Below are positions 17,425 through 27,236 of a stretch of 64,000 bases of DNA, piece after piece. The DNA lies in the NCBI GenBank assembly GCA_041662205.1, contig JBAZSZ010000001.1, positions 226,494-290,493 of the forward strand. Reading direction: 5' to 3'. The position numbers and the translations under genes were made by a program. Below the pieces are notes generated by a model that was given only the letters and a program-made list of their open reading frames with translations, was not told the origin of the DNA and did no database searches. Within the stretch, counting starts at the first letter, position 1. Each line of letters opens with the position of its first letter. The stretch is from Minisyncoccota bacterium (lineage in GTDB: Bacteria > Patescibacteriota > Minisyncoccia > Phycocordibacterales > UBA9973).

Positions 17425-18010
17425 AAATGAGTTTCTCTAAACCTTGTTCATCATAAAGTATTGTTTGTAAATTTGGATATTTTTTGAAATCTAGGTCTTC
17501 AAAATATTGGACTTTATCATCTATAAATATTACTTTTTCCTCCCTGAATCTCTCGCATATATTTTCTACCGCCGTTTTTTTACTTCCTTGCAATATAATA
17601 ATTTCAGAAAATAGCGGAGTAGCACCAATTCTTTCTATTTTGTCATTTTGGAATTCTGTACCACCATGAGTTATCAAAAAACAATTTTCTTTCCCAATTT
17701 TTTTTATTTTTTCAAGCAATTCTGTATTTATAAAATTTTTATTTTCCTCCATTATTTCTTCATATAATTTTTCTTGAATTTCTTTATCTGAAAGAAAGTG
17801 AGCTAACATACTTTTTAATGAAAGTCCTTCTAGTCGTGCTTTTTTATAATACTTTTCAATTTCAAAAAGGGGTATACCAGCTTTTTGCAGTAAAACAAAC
17901 ATATGTTCCTTGCGATGTTTAGTGGTTTGGAATAAAACATCATCGAAATCAAAAATATATTTCATATATTTAATATAACATAAAAAAAATAAGCCCACTT
18001 GTAACAACAT
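17405..18010 (-). CDS. HAD superfamily hydrolase
   Basis: N-terminal motif I FDFDDVL. Confidence 0.6.
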   Translation of the reverse strand: MLLQVGLFFLCYIKYMKYIFDFDDVLFQTTKHRKEHMFVLLQKAGIPLFEIEKYYKKARLEGLSLKSMLAHFLSDKEIQEKLYEEIMEENKNFINTELLEKIKKIGKENCFLITHGGTEFQNDKIERIGATPLFSEIIILQGSKKTAVENICERFREEKVIFIDDKVQYFEDLDFKKYPNLQTILYDEQGLEKLISILPPQ

Positions 18011-18051
18011 AGTCGTGCAAAGTGGGCTTAAATTGTGTGATGATATTCCAA

Positions 18052-19008
18052 CTATCGGAGTTGGTGCCGTGAGGGACCGTTCCCTCCGCCTGGGATCGTA
18101 ACCTTTTTTCCGGCCACTTTGGCGGCAAATGAAATAATTTCTGAGAATTTTTGTGAGTTAATCACAATAGATGCTGACTCTTTAAGCCTTATCAGCTCAG
18201 AGACTAAGGCGCCTAGGAACCAGTCCCCAGCACCAGTTTCATATATTCCTCCAGGATAAGATACTGCCTTCCATTCTTCCCAATAATGAGACCATAGTAT
18301 CGGGGATAAAGAAAATAATCCTCCTTTATCCGCTGCAGTGACCACTATAATTCGTGGCCCGTACGAGTGGATTTTGCGTAAATCCATACCAGTTTCATCA
18401 AACTCGCGCTTATTCAGCACGAGAATGTCCACCAACGGAAGAATCTTCTTGAACTCTTTGCTTGCGCAAAGAGTATCCTTCGCGTTCAGCAAGCGATACC
18501 CAGGCTGTGCCTGAAAGAGAAGTGCTTCAGCAAACGGCATCTCTACCGCTCTGAGACCCGTGATAACGACGAAGGTATTCGGGCCAATACCTACTTCTGG
18601 TCCAGCAAGATCCTGTAATGTTTCAGACACCACAGAATGAACTAAGTTACCTTTTTTCCCCCAAACCTCGCCGTTGCTTTCACTAATAACTGGAATCACA
18701 GCGTGATTTGTTTCGCTGAGAACTTCAAGTGGGGTGAACGGCACACCACCTTTTTCTATTACGTTACGTAAAAGTATGTCTTCAACCTTTTTTGAAGACT
18801 GAAACTCCGTCCCCACTAAGCCAACAAGGTGAGGACATCCTCCTAAACACTTAATCGCTGTAGCTGTGTTGCCCGAAGATCCACTCAAGCAACAAGTCAT
18901 ACACCTTAGGGTCTTTTTCGGCCCTGCAGTGTTTTCAACTGTCAATTCCATCTCAGGGTTCACAGAAACCCCAACTACTGCATCGTAATACGTTCCTTTT
19001 TTTTTCAT
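18052..19008 (-). CDS. pfkB-family carbohydrate/ribokinase-like kinase
   Basis: N-terminal GGSSGNTATAIKCLG and C-terminal ETGAGDWFLGA (pfkB signature 2-like). Confidence 0.6.
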   Translation of the reverse strand: MKKKGTYYDAVVGVSVNPEMELTVENTAGPKKTLRCMTCCLSGSSGNTATAIKCLGGCPHLVGLVGTEFQSSKKVEDILLRNVIEKGGVPFTPLEVLSETNHAVIPVISESNGEVWGKKGNLVHSVVSETLQDLAGPEVGIGPNTFVVITGLRAVEMPFAEALLFQAQPGYRLLNAKDTLCASKEFKKILPLVDILVLNKREFDETGMDLRKIHSYGPRIIVVTAADKGGLFSLSPILWSHYWEEWKAVSYPGGIYETGAGDWFLGALVSELIRLKESASIVINSQKFSEIISFAAKVAGKKVTIPGGGNGPSRHQLR

Positions 19009-19205
19009 AACTTCCTCCTTATGTATTCTTCAACCACCAAAGTGGCTGTTTTTCTTTTGTTTACGATTTGCTTTTTAATCTAAGCCTAGAATACTAAAAA
19101 GATAAATAAAGTGTCAAATGTGTAGAAAACTTACTTTAGGTTTTTAGTTTAAAACCTAATAAATAAAGGTTAATTATATAATAACAACAAACTGTAGGAG
19201 AAAAA

Positions 19206-19234
19206 TTGACAAATTAGCGATAAAAACATAATAT
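19206..19234 (+). promoter_or_regulatory. sigma70-like promoter (TTGACA-N17-TAATAT) for the TrmB-like gene
   Basis: TTGACA at 19206-19211 and TAATAT at 19229-19234; ATG at 19243. Confidence 0.5.
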
Positions 19235-19242
19235 ATAAAAAT

Positions 19243-20001
19243 ATGCAGATCCAAGTAGTCCTGAAAAACTTTGGTCTTTCAGAAAAAGAAATAGCGGTAT
19301 ATCTGGCTTTGATTGAGCTCGGGGCTTCTTCGGTGCGAACGATATCACTGAAAGCAAAAATAAATCGTGGGACTACTTATGACATTTTGAAATCCTTAAT
19401 TAATCTTGGAATTATTTCCTATTACAATAAAGAATCAAAACAATATTTTATCGCTGAACGACCAGAAACACTACTTGCGGTAATAGATAAAAAACAAGAA
19501 GAACTAAAAGAGGTAAAAGAAAATATTGAAGAAAGTTTACCTTTATTTAAAACTATTTTTGAAAAACAAGGAGGGAAGCCAGTGGTGAAATTATACGAAG
19601 GAGTAATCGGTATTCGACATATTCTCGAAGATGTCCTAAAAAGTATGGATAGAGTCAAAGATAAAACTTACTATGTCTATTCTTCTTCAACAGTTAGAAA
19701 AAATGTGCATCAAGCGATGAAGGATTTTAGTAATAAAAGAATCCACAGAAAAATAAAAGTAAAAACTATTGCTCTAGGCGAAGGGGGAGATACCGTTGGC
19801 CTTGATGAAAGAAAATGGATGCAATTACCAGATACAAAAGGACAGGAAAATCTAAGATCAACATATGAAATAATCTATTGTGGAAAAGTGGCCCATATAA
19901 GTCTAGACAATGCAGAGAATCCAGTCGGAGTAGTGATAGAAAATCAAGAAATTTATCATACTCAAAAATTGATCTTTGAATATAATTGGAAAAAATTATA
20001 A
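19243..20001 (+). CDS. TrmB-family transcriptional regulator
   Basis: N-terminal wHTH LGLSEKEIAVYLALIELGASSVRTIS...RGTTYDILKSL is typical of TrmB. Confidence 0.65.
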   Translation: MQIQVVLKNFGLSEKEIAVYLALIELGASSVRTISLKAKINRGTTYDILKSLINLGIISYYNKESKQYFIAERPETLLAVIDKKQEELKEVKENIEESLPLFKTIFEKQGGKPVVKLYEGVIGIRHILEDVLKSMDRVKDKTYYVYSSSTVRKNVHQAMKDFSNKRIHRKIKVKTIALGEGGDTVGLDERKWMQLPDTKGQENLRSTYEIIYCGKVAHISLDNAENPVGVVIENQEIYHTQKLIFEYNWKKL

Positions 20002-20049
20002 AAAAAATGTTAGGGAAAGCAAGGCTCTCCCTAACGAGTGTGCGCGATA

Positions 20050-20283
20050 TTAAAATATATAACTTTCTTCCTTTCTTTTTTTCGCTCTTTCCCATCGAGA
20101 GAGAGCATTTTCCCCAGCCCTTTCCTTGGACTGGCAAAAAACTCCAGGGGACATTGTCCCCGTGACAGGACTCAAAAAGGCTATTCTTACTCCTTTGGAG
20201 GTCCTGTGTAGTTCTGCTTTTGGTAAACGATCCATGGCTTTTTGAGCGATGGGTCCTAAACCAAAATAATCATTCTTTTTCAT
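20050..20283 (-). CDS. small hypothetical protein with a strong Shine-Dalgarno, GC-richer than neighbours
   Basis: The minus-strand reading has AAGGAGGTG 5 nt upstream of the ATG. 77-aa ORF. Confidence 0.4.
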   Translation of the reverse strand: MKKNDYFGLGPIAQKAMDRLPKAELHRTSKGVRIAFLSPVTGTMSPGVFCQSKERAGENALSRWERAKKRKEESYIF

Positions 20284-20397
20284 AAGAACACCTCCTTAAA
20301 ATTTTTTATACTATACAACAACTCTTGATATAAAACAATAGCCTAAAAAGCTATATTTTTATTTGTCTTTAATTCTTAGATATTATAATATGTATCT

Positions 20398-23319
20398 ATG
20401 ATTTCCCGTATATATGTGGCACCTAAAGGAAAAACTGATTTCATTAATTCTTACTTAATTTCACATAAGTTGGGAGTCGAAAAAATCCTAAAAATAGCTC
20501 AAGCTCTGACGAATCCAATCCTCGAAGAATTTTCTATAAATAAATTTCCCGATGTCGGACATCTGGCATCAAAATTTACTTATGCTATTGAAATAGGTTT
20601 TAAACCCGGGGTCACAGACAATGTAGGTCATACAGTGGAGGAAACTATTCTGGATTTATTGCATCTGAAAGATAAAAATGATTTAGCAGTCTACACTTCT
20701 AAAATTTATTTGGTTTCAAATTCTAAATTGGAAGATGTAGAAAAAATTGCTCTTACACTACACAATCCTTTAATTGAACGTTCTTATATCGCTAGTTTTG
20801 CTGAAATCAAAAAAGAAGGACTACCTTTAAAAGTTCCAAAAGTTATTCTCAAGAAAAATACCCCTGTCATTAATGTTTCTCTAAAAGTGCCTGATGAGGA
20901 ACTTGTAAAAATCGGTAAAGAAGGGATTTTGGGCAAGACAAACAGTAAGATAAAAGAAAGAAGGGGCCCGCTCGCTTTAGACTTGGCTTCAATGAAAGTA
21001 ATCCAAGAACATTTTAAAAAATTAAAAAGAGATCCGACTGATATTGAACTCGAATCTCTAGCGCAAACATGGTCTGAGCATTGCAAGCACACTATTTTTG
21101 CCAATCCTATCGAAGACATCAAGGATGGTTTGTATAAAACATATATAAAAGGCGCGACAAATTTAATACGCAAACAAAAAGGGAAGAAAGATTTTTGTGT
21201 CTCAGTGTTTAGTGATAATTCCGGTGGGATTATTTTTGATAAAGATTATTTAATAACGCATAAAGTTGAAACACACAATAGCCCTTCGGCTCTTGATCCA
21301 TTTGGAGGAGCTATCACGGGAATTGTGGGGGTGAATCGAGATACTATAGGCTTTGGCCTAGGCGCAAAACCAGTAGCCAATGCTTATGGTTTTTGTTTTG
21401 GTAATCCAGAAGACAAAAGGGCTCTTTTCCGCGATAAAAATTTAAGTCAAAAAATGCTTTCACCTAAACGCATAATGGAAGGAGTAGTAAAAGGAATAAA
21501 CGTAGGCGGAAATTGTTCTGGGATACCGACGCTTTCTGGTTTTGTTCATTATGATGAAAGGTATAGAGGCAAACCCTTGGTTTTTGCCGGAACAGTAGGA
21601 TTAATTCCAAGAAATTTACCCGCCTCTGGAGGGAATAATCGACCATCACACGAAAAACAGGCGCAAGTAGGAGATCACATTGTGGTAGTCGGAGGTAGAG
21701 TAGGGCTCGATGGCATCCATGGAGCAACTTTTTCTTCTGTAGTGATGGATTCGAGTTCTCCGGCTACTGCGGTGCAAATCGGTGACCCAATTACTCAAAA
21801 AAAATTAAGCGATGCAATAATCAAAGAAGCGCGAGATCTGAATTTATATAACAGTATCACAGACAATGGCGCAGGGGGGATTTCTTGTTCGGTTGCGGAA
21901 ATGGCAAAAGAATGCGGAGGAGCAAAAGTTTCGTTAGAAAAAGTTCCGTTAAAATACCCCGATCTTCGTCCGTGGGAAATTTGGATTTCAGAATCACAAG
22001 AACGTATGACTTTGTCAGTACCCAAGAAAAAATGGGAAGTATTTAAAAAATTAATGAATAGTCGGGGAGTAGAAGCGACTGTGATAGGTGAATTCACAAG
22101 TTCTGGAAAATGTATTGTGGATTATAGAAGTAAAAAGATAATGGATATCCCTATGGATTTTTTGCACGATGGCTTGCCGGAACAAAATTTAGTTACAGAA
22201 CCATTTATTTACAAAAATAATGAAATTAAACCTGAAACAAAAAAATCTTTTACTGAGATTTTGGAAAATTTACTTAGCAGTAAAAACATTAGTGGATTTT
22301 CCTTTATTTCCGAGCAGTATGATCACGAAGTGCAAGGATCTTCTGTTTTAAAACCTCTTTCCGGACGGGGTCGTATCAATACCGAAGCGCAAGTTTTAAA
22401 GCCAGTTTTAAATTCAAATAAAGGAGCTGTTTTATCTTCTAGCACTTATCCTTCTTATGGAGATATCAGCACTTATCACATGGCTGCTTGTGCGATAGAT
22501 ACTGCTATCAGAAATACTCTTTGCGCTGGTGGAACACTTTCGCATTTAGCTATTCTAGATAATTTCTGCTGGTGTTCATCTAATGATCCAAAACGCTTAG
22601 CTCAACTCATAGACTCAGTAAAGGCTTGCTACGACTACGCTGTAGGATACGGAACACCATTTATTTCTGGTAAAGATAGTATGTTTAATGACTTCAAAGG
22701 TTATGATGAAAAGGGTAATCCTGTGGCCGTCTCTATTCCACCGACACTTCTCATCTCAGCGATTAGCGTCATGTCTGATTTAAATAAAACTATTTCTCCT
22801 GAATTTAAAAATACAGGTGATGTGATTTATCTATTGGGAGAAACGAATGATGAACTAGGCGGAGGAGAGTATTTAAAAATGTTTGGCGTAGTAGGGGAAG
22901 ATGTACCCAAAGTAGATTTAAAGAAAAATATAAAAATATATCGTGCGTTAGAAAAAGTAATTCAAAAAGGATTAATTGCTTCAGCCATATCTCTTAATTC
23001 TGGCGGACTTGCGATTGCTCTCTCCAAAGCCTGTGTCGGAGGAATGGTAGGATGCAAAGTCTCCCTTGATCATATAGGAAATTCCTTTGGGATAGATGTA
23101 AAATTATTTTCTGAAAGCCAGGGAAGAGTTTTAATTTCTGTGTCTCCTCGAAATATCTCAGAATTTGAAAAAATAATAAAAAATATTCCTTATACTAAGT
23201 TAGGCAAAATAACTAAAGATGAGAAATTGATAATCACAAATGGTAAAAGTAAAGTGATAGAAACGAATGTTAAAAAATTACACAATGCTTACCATAAATT
23301 TTCTAATTCACAAAAATGA
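20398..23319 (+). CDS. purL: phosphoribosylformylglycinamidine synthase subunit PurL with ~190-aa N-terminal extension
   Basis: Canonical small-PurL core starts near residue ~190 (LAQTWSEHCKHTIF). The repeated AIRS-like domains are present. Confidence 0.9.
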   Translation: MISRIYVAPKGKTDFINSYLISHKLGVEKILKIAQALTNPILEEFSINKFPDVGHLASKFTYAIEIGFKPGVTDNVGHTVEETILDLLHLKDKNDLAVYTSKIYLVSNSKLEDVEKIALTLHNPLIERSYIASFAEIKKEGLPLKVPKVILKKNTPVINVSLKVPDEELVKIGKEGILGKTNSKIKERRGPLALDLASMKVIQEHFKKLKRDPTDIELESLAQTWSEHCKHTIFANPIEDIKDGLYKTYIKGATNLIRKQKGKKDFCVSVFSDNSGGIIFDKDYLITHKVETHNSPSALDPFGGAITGIVGVNRDTIGFGLGAKPVANAYGFCFGNPEDKRALFRDKNLSQKMLSPKRIMEGVVKGINVGGNCSGIPTLSGFVHYDERYRGKPLVFAGTVGLIPRNLPASGGNNRPSHEKQAQVGDHIVVVGGRVGLDGIHGATFSSVVMDSSSPATAVQIGDPITQKKLSDAIIKEARDLNLYNSITDNGAGGISCSVAEMAKECGGAKVSLEKVPLKYPDLRPWEIWISESQERMTLSVPKKKWEVFKKLMNSRGVEATVIGEFTSSGKCIVDYRSKKIMDIPMDFLHDGLPEQNLVTEPFIYKNNEIKPETKKSFTEILENLLSSKNISGFSFISEQYDHEVQGSSVLKPLSGRGRINTEAQVLKPVLNSNKGAVLSSSTYPSYGDISTYHMAACAIDTAIRNTLCAGGTLSHLAILDNFCWCSSNDPKRLAQLIDSVKACYDYAVGYGTPFISGKDSMFNDFKGYDEKGNPVAVSIPPTLLISAISVMSDLNKTISPEFKNTGDVIYLLGETNDELGGGEYLKMFGVVGEDVPKVDLKKNIKIYRALEKVIQKGLIASAISLNSGGLAIALSKACVGGMVGCKVSLDHIGNSFGIDVKLFSESQGRVLISVSPRNISEFEKIIKNIPYTKLGKITKDEKLIITNGKSKVIETNVKKLHNAYHKFSNSQK

Positions 23320-25073
23320 AAACTGAAACTAAGCAATGCCAAAACTGTAAGGAAAACTTCGTGATAGAGCAGGAAGATTTTAATTTTTACGAAAAAATAA
23401 AAGTCCCAACTCCGACTTTTTGTCCGCTATGTCGCGCGCAAAGAAGATTTGTTTTTAGAAATGAACGTAAACTTTTTAAAATCAAAGATGCTTTTACGGG
23501 TAAAAATATTTTTTCACTTTTTCCAGCAGAAAGTGGCAGAAAAGTCATTACTCAAGAAGAATGGTATGGAGACAGCTGGGATGCTATGGAATATGGGAGA
23601 GATTATGATTTTTCTAAAACATTCTTTGAACAATTTTTTGAACTTGAAAAAAAAGTGCCTATCTATAACCTAAATGTGCAGAGAATGATCAACAGCCCAT
23701 ATTCAGGAAATGCAACAGCCTTAAAGAATTGCTATCTTTGTTTTCATTCTAATTATTCTGAGGACTGTATGTATGGCAGTGCTAATGATTTTTGTAGAGA
23801 CTGTGTGGATACTTCTCATATTCAACATTCAGAACGTTGCTATGAATCTTTTTGGCTTAATAAATGTTATCAATGCTATTTCACCATAAAATCTGAAGAC
23901 TCTCGTAATTTGTATTTTTGCAGAGATTGCGTAGGTTGTAATGATTGTTTTGGTTGCGCAAATCTACGTAAGTCTTCCTATTGCATTTTTAATAAACAAT
24001 ACACGAAAGAAGAATACCAAAAAGAATTAGAAAAGATGAAACTGGAAACTATTTCAGGCACAAAAGAAGCGAGAGAGAAAGTTAGAGTATTTTGGAATAC
24101 TCAACCTATTAAAAATCACCAAGGACTTAAAAATTTAAATTCAACAGGATCTTTTGTGACAAATTGTAAAAATGTTAATGATGGTTATTTAATTCGAGAA
24201 GGTGAAAATATGCGCTACTGTCAATCCATGCAAGTACCTGCAAATAAAGATTGTTACGATACTTTTGCTTGGGGAGAAAATACAGAGCTTTCTTATGAAA
24301 CTGCAATATGTGGTGAAAATTCTTACAATATGAAATTTAGTTTTAATTGCTGGCCCACCTGTAGAGATAGTGAATATTGCATGGATCTTTTTAGTTGTTC
24401 AGATTGTTTTGGTTGTGTGGGTTTGAAAAAAAAGCAATATTGCATTTTTAATAAACAATTTACAAAAGAAGAATATCAAAAAATTGTGGGAAAAATTAAA
24501 GAACAAATGGATGAAGTTCCTTATGTAGATAAACAAGGTGTTATTTATAAATACGGAGAATTTTTTCCAGCTGAATTTTCTCAACTTGGGTATAATAATA
24601 CTGTAGCTCCTCAACATTTTCCACTGACAAAAGTAGAGGCAGAAAAGAAAGGATATTTATGGGTAGAAGCACCGCAAAGTGAGTATAAAATGACCATTAA
24701 GTCTTCCGAACTCCCAACCTCCATTCCAGAAGAAGATGAGATTCTAAAAGAAATCATAGAATGCGAGAACTGTAAAAAAGCTTATCGCATAATGGAAAAT
24801 GAATTGATTTTCTTGCGCAAGGAAAAACTACCTCTACCTAATTTGTGTCATGATTGCAGATATGATAGAAGAATAAAGGATAGGCTGACTATCAAATTAT
24901 ACGAAAGGTCATGTATGTGCGCAGGTGCTAAAGATGAAACTGGGATTTATAAAAATACAGTAAAACATCTTCATGGAGGTGAGCCATGTAGAGAGAAATT
25001 TAAGACTGGATATGCTCCAGAAAATAAAGAGGTAGTATATTGTGAAAAATGTTATCAGCAGGAAGTTTATTAA
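23316..25073 (+). CDS. Cys-rich zinc-ribbon-repeat protein, paralog family member A (unknown function), embedded in the pur operon
   Basis: N-terminus CQNCKENF..FYEKIKVPTPTFCPLCRAQRR. Internal CxxC-rich repeats (CRDCVGCNDCFGC..YCIFNKQYTKEEYQK occurs twice). C-terminus VYCEKCYQQEVY is identical in the paralogs at 54810 and 56041. Confidence 0.6.
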   Translation: MKTETKQCQNCKENFVIEQEDFNFYEKIKVPTPTFCPLCRAQRRFVFRNERKLFKIKDAFTGKNIFSLFPAESGRKVITQEEWYGDSWDAMEYGRDYDFSKTFFEQFFELEKKVPIYNLNVQRMINSPYSGNATALKNCYLCFHSNYSEDCMYGSANDFCRDCVDTSHIQHSERCYESFWLNKCYQCYFTIKSEDSRNLYFCRDCVGCNDCFGCANLRKSSYCIFNKQYTKEEYQKELEKMKLETISGTKEAREKVRVFWNTQPIKNHQGLKNLNSTGSFVTNCKNVNDGYLIREGENMRYCQSMQVPANKDCYDTFAWGENTELSYETAICGENSYNMKFSFNCWPTCRDSEYCMDLFSCSDCFGCVGLKKKQYCIFNKQFTKEEYQKIVGKIKEQMDEVPYVDKQGVIYKYGEFFPAEFSQLGYNNTVAPQHFPLTKVEAEKKGYLWVEAPQSEYKMTIKSSELPTSIPEEDEILKEIIECENCKKAYRIMENELIFLRKEKLPLPNLCHDCRYDRRIKDRLTIKLYERSCMCAGAKDETGIYKNTVKHLHGGEPCREKFKTGYAPENKEVVYCEKCYQQEVY

Positions 25074-25078
25074 AAAAA

Positions 25079-25831
25079 ATGAAAAAACCAAAAATAATAA
25101 TAATGTCGGGGTATGGATTAAATTGTGAAGAAGAAACAAAATTCGCTTTTGAAAAAGCGGGAGGAAATGCCGACATCATACATATTAATGATTTAATAAA
25201 AAAACCTAAAATGCTTTCAGGGTATCAAATTTTAGTTTTTCCTGGAGGATTTTCTTTTGGTGATGATACAGGTAGCGGAAAAGCTTATGCTAATAAATTT
25301 AAAAATCATTTAGCAAAAGAATTAGCAGAATTTTTATCTCGTGATACTTTAGCTTTAGGTATTTGTAATGGATTTCAAATAATAACTAATTTAGGAATAT
25401 TGCCTGGTGGACTTACTTATAATAAAAAAGGAAAATATTTAGACAGATGGGTGGATTTAAAAGCCAAAGGGGATAGTCCTTGGTTGAAAAATATTGGAAA
25501 AATATCATTACCAATAGCGCATGGTGAAGGACGTTATATAATTTCCTCTAAAGAATACAAAAAAATGAAAGAGAATAATGAAATTGCTTTCATATACTCA
25601 AATGGAGAAATTTGCGAGTTTCAAAACCTAGAAAAAAACCCAAATGGATCAGAACATGACATCGCAGGAGTTTTGGCATATAATGGGAGAGTTCTAGGTA
25701 TGATGCCACATCCGGAGAGAGCAATGTTTTCACATCAAAATCCAATGTGGCAAATGAATAAAAAAGTTTCCAAAGAAGGAGTAGGATTACAAATTTTTAA
25801 AAACGGTATTAATTATTTTTTAAATTCATGA
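25079..25831 (+). CDS. purQ: phosphoribosylformylglycinamidine synthase glutamine amidotransferase subunit PurQ
   Basis: Class I GATase: nucleophile LGICNGFQ and catalytic HPE near the C-terminus. ATG at 25079 chosen over the overlapping upstream start. Confidence 0.85.
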   Translation: MKKPKIIIMSGYGLNCEEETKFAFEKAGGNADIIHINDLIKKPKMLSGYQILVFPGGFSFGDDTGSGKAYANKFKNHLAKELAEFLSRDTLALGICNGFQIITNLGILPGGLTYNKKGKYLDRWVDLKAKGDSPWLKNIGKISLPIAHGEGRYIISSKEYKKMKENNEIAFIYSNGEICEFQNLEKNPNGSEHDIAGVLAYNGRVLGMMPHPERAMFSHQNPMWQMNKKVSKEGVGLQIFKNGINYFLNS

Positions 25832-27225
25832 GCGAATTAAAAGAAAAGTGTGGAATCGTAGGAATATACGGTAAGGATTTACCTATTGCTCGGTTAGCAT
25901 TTTTTGCCTTATTTGCATTACAACACAGAGGACAAGAAGCATCAGGAATAACCACAAATGATGGTAAAAAGTTTCGTACCCATAAAGGAGCAGGGCTCGT
26001 ATCTCAAGTATATACAGAAAAAACAATCAAAAAACTGACTGGATATGTAGCCATAGGACACAATAGATATTCTACCTCCAAAGGAGGAGCGCTAAATCAC
26101 GCACAACCAGTTGTAAATAATGATAAGTCTTTTGCTCTAGCGCACAATGGCAATTTGCCAAGCACTAAAGCATTAGAGAATTTTCTCTCTTCAAAAAAAG
26201 TATTGAAAAAAGATCGCAATGATTCAGAGCTCATGGCTGATGCAATTGATTTTTATCTCAAAGAAGGTAACTCAATTTCAAAATCTGTAGAAAAATCCTT
26301 TCCTTTATTTACTGGAGCTTTTTCTTTAGTAATGATGACTAAAGATACCTTGGTCGCCGTGCGAGACGCTTATGGAATGCGTCCGCTAGCTATAGGAAAG
26401 CTCAGCCTTGGTTATGTTGTTGCTTCCGAGACTTGCGCTCTTCAAACTGTCGGCGCAACATTTTTAAGAGAAGTAAAACCTGGAGAAATGATTATTATAA
26501 ATAAAAGTGGTCTTAAAAGTGTCCAACTCGCACCACCCAATCCAAAACACGATATATTTGAATATGTTTATTTCGCTCGACCAGATAGTGTGCTGAACGG
26601 CAAATTAATTTATGATGTTAGAAGAAATTTTGGAAAAGTTTTAGCTAGTGAATTTAAGAAAAAAGTTGATATTATCGTACCGGTACCCGATACGGCAATG
26701 CCGGTGGCCATAGGGTATAGTCAAGCTTCAGGTATTCCAATGGAGATGGCTTTGGTGAAAAATCGTTATGTTCATAGAACTTTTATCGAGCCCGACCAAA
26801 AATCCAGACGAAATAGTGTGGCACTCAAACTCATACCTTTACCACAAATTTTAAAAGGTAAAAAAATTATAGTAATAGATGATTCTATTGTCAGGGGACA
26901 TACCTGTAGAAAATTAGTTAAAACACTTTTTAAATCAGGCGCCAAGGAAGTGCATCTTTTAATTTCTTCCCCACCTGTTCGTTTTCCAGACTTTTATGGC
27001 ATGGATACTCCTAACCAAGATGAATTAATTGCTTCTTATAAAACAACGGAAGAAGTACGCAAATTCATGGGTGCTACATCACTCCATTATCTTTCTCTCG
27101 ATGGATTAATAAAAGCTATTGGACTACCAAAAGATAAATTATCTACTTCGTGCTTTACCGGTATTTATCCAATTGACTTAAAAGAACGCAAAGATGAAGT
27201 GGATTACGATGTTTCAAGGGAATAA
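25828..27225 (+). CDS. purF: amidophosphoribosyltransferase
   Basis: N-terminal nucleophile CGIVGIYG; PRTase motif VIDDSIVRG. Confidence 0.9.
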   Translation: MSELKEKCGIVGIYGKDLPIARLAFFALFALQHRGQEASGITTNDGKKFRTHKGAGLVSQVYTEKTIKKLTGYVAIGHNRYSTSKGGALNHAQPVVNNDKSFALAHNGNLPSTKALENFLSSKKVLKKDRNDSELMADAIDFYLKEGNSISKSVEKSFPLFTGAFSLVMMTKDTLVAVRDAYGMRPLAIGKLSLGYVVASETCALQTVGATFLREVKPGEMIIINKSGLKSVQLAPPNPKHDIFEYVYFARPDSVLNGKLIYDVRRNFGKVLASEFKKKVDIIVPVPDTAMPVAIGYSQASGIPMEMALVKNRYVHRTFIEPDQKSRRNSVALKLIPLPQILKGKKIIVIDDSIVRGHTCRKLVKTLFKSGAKEVHLLISSPPVRFPDFYGMDTPNQDELIASYKTTEEVRKFMGATSLHYLSLDGLIKAIGLPKDKLSTSCFTGIYPIDLKERKDEVDYDVSRE

Positions 27226-27236
27226 AAATAAATATT

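Noticed and set aside
20012-20040. Hairpin ttaggga…tccctaa after the TrmB gene, considered as a terminator
   Set aside because: It is a 7-bp stem without a following T-run and it overlaps the 3' end of the minus-strand ORF 20050..20283. This is insufficient to call a terminator.
20284-20397. Looked for a purine (guanine/adenine) riboswitch upstream of purL
   Set aside because: None of the conserved aptamer elements (UAUA…GGAUAUGGCC…GUUUCUACC…CCGUAAAU…GACUAUG) are present. The region looks like an ordinary AT-rich promoter (tattataat).
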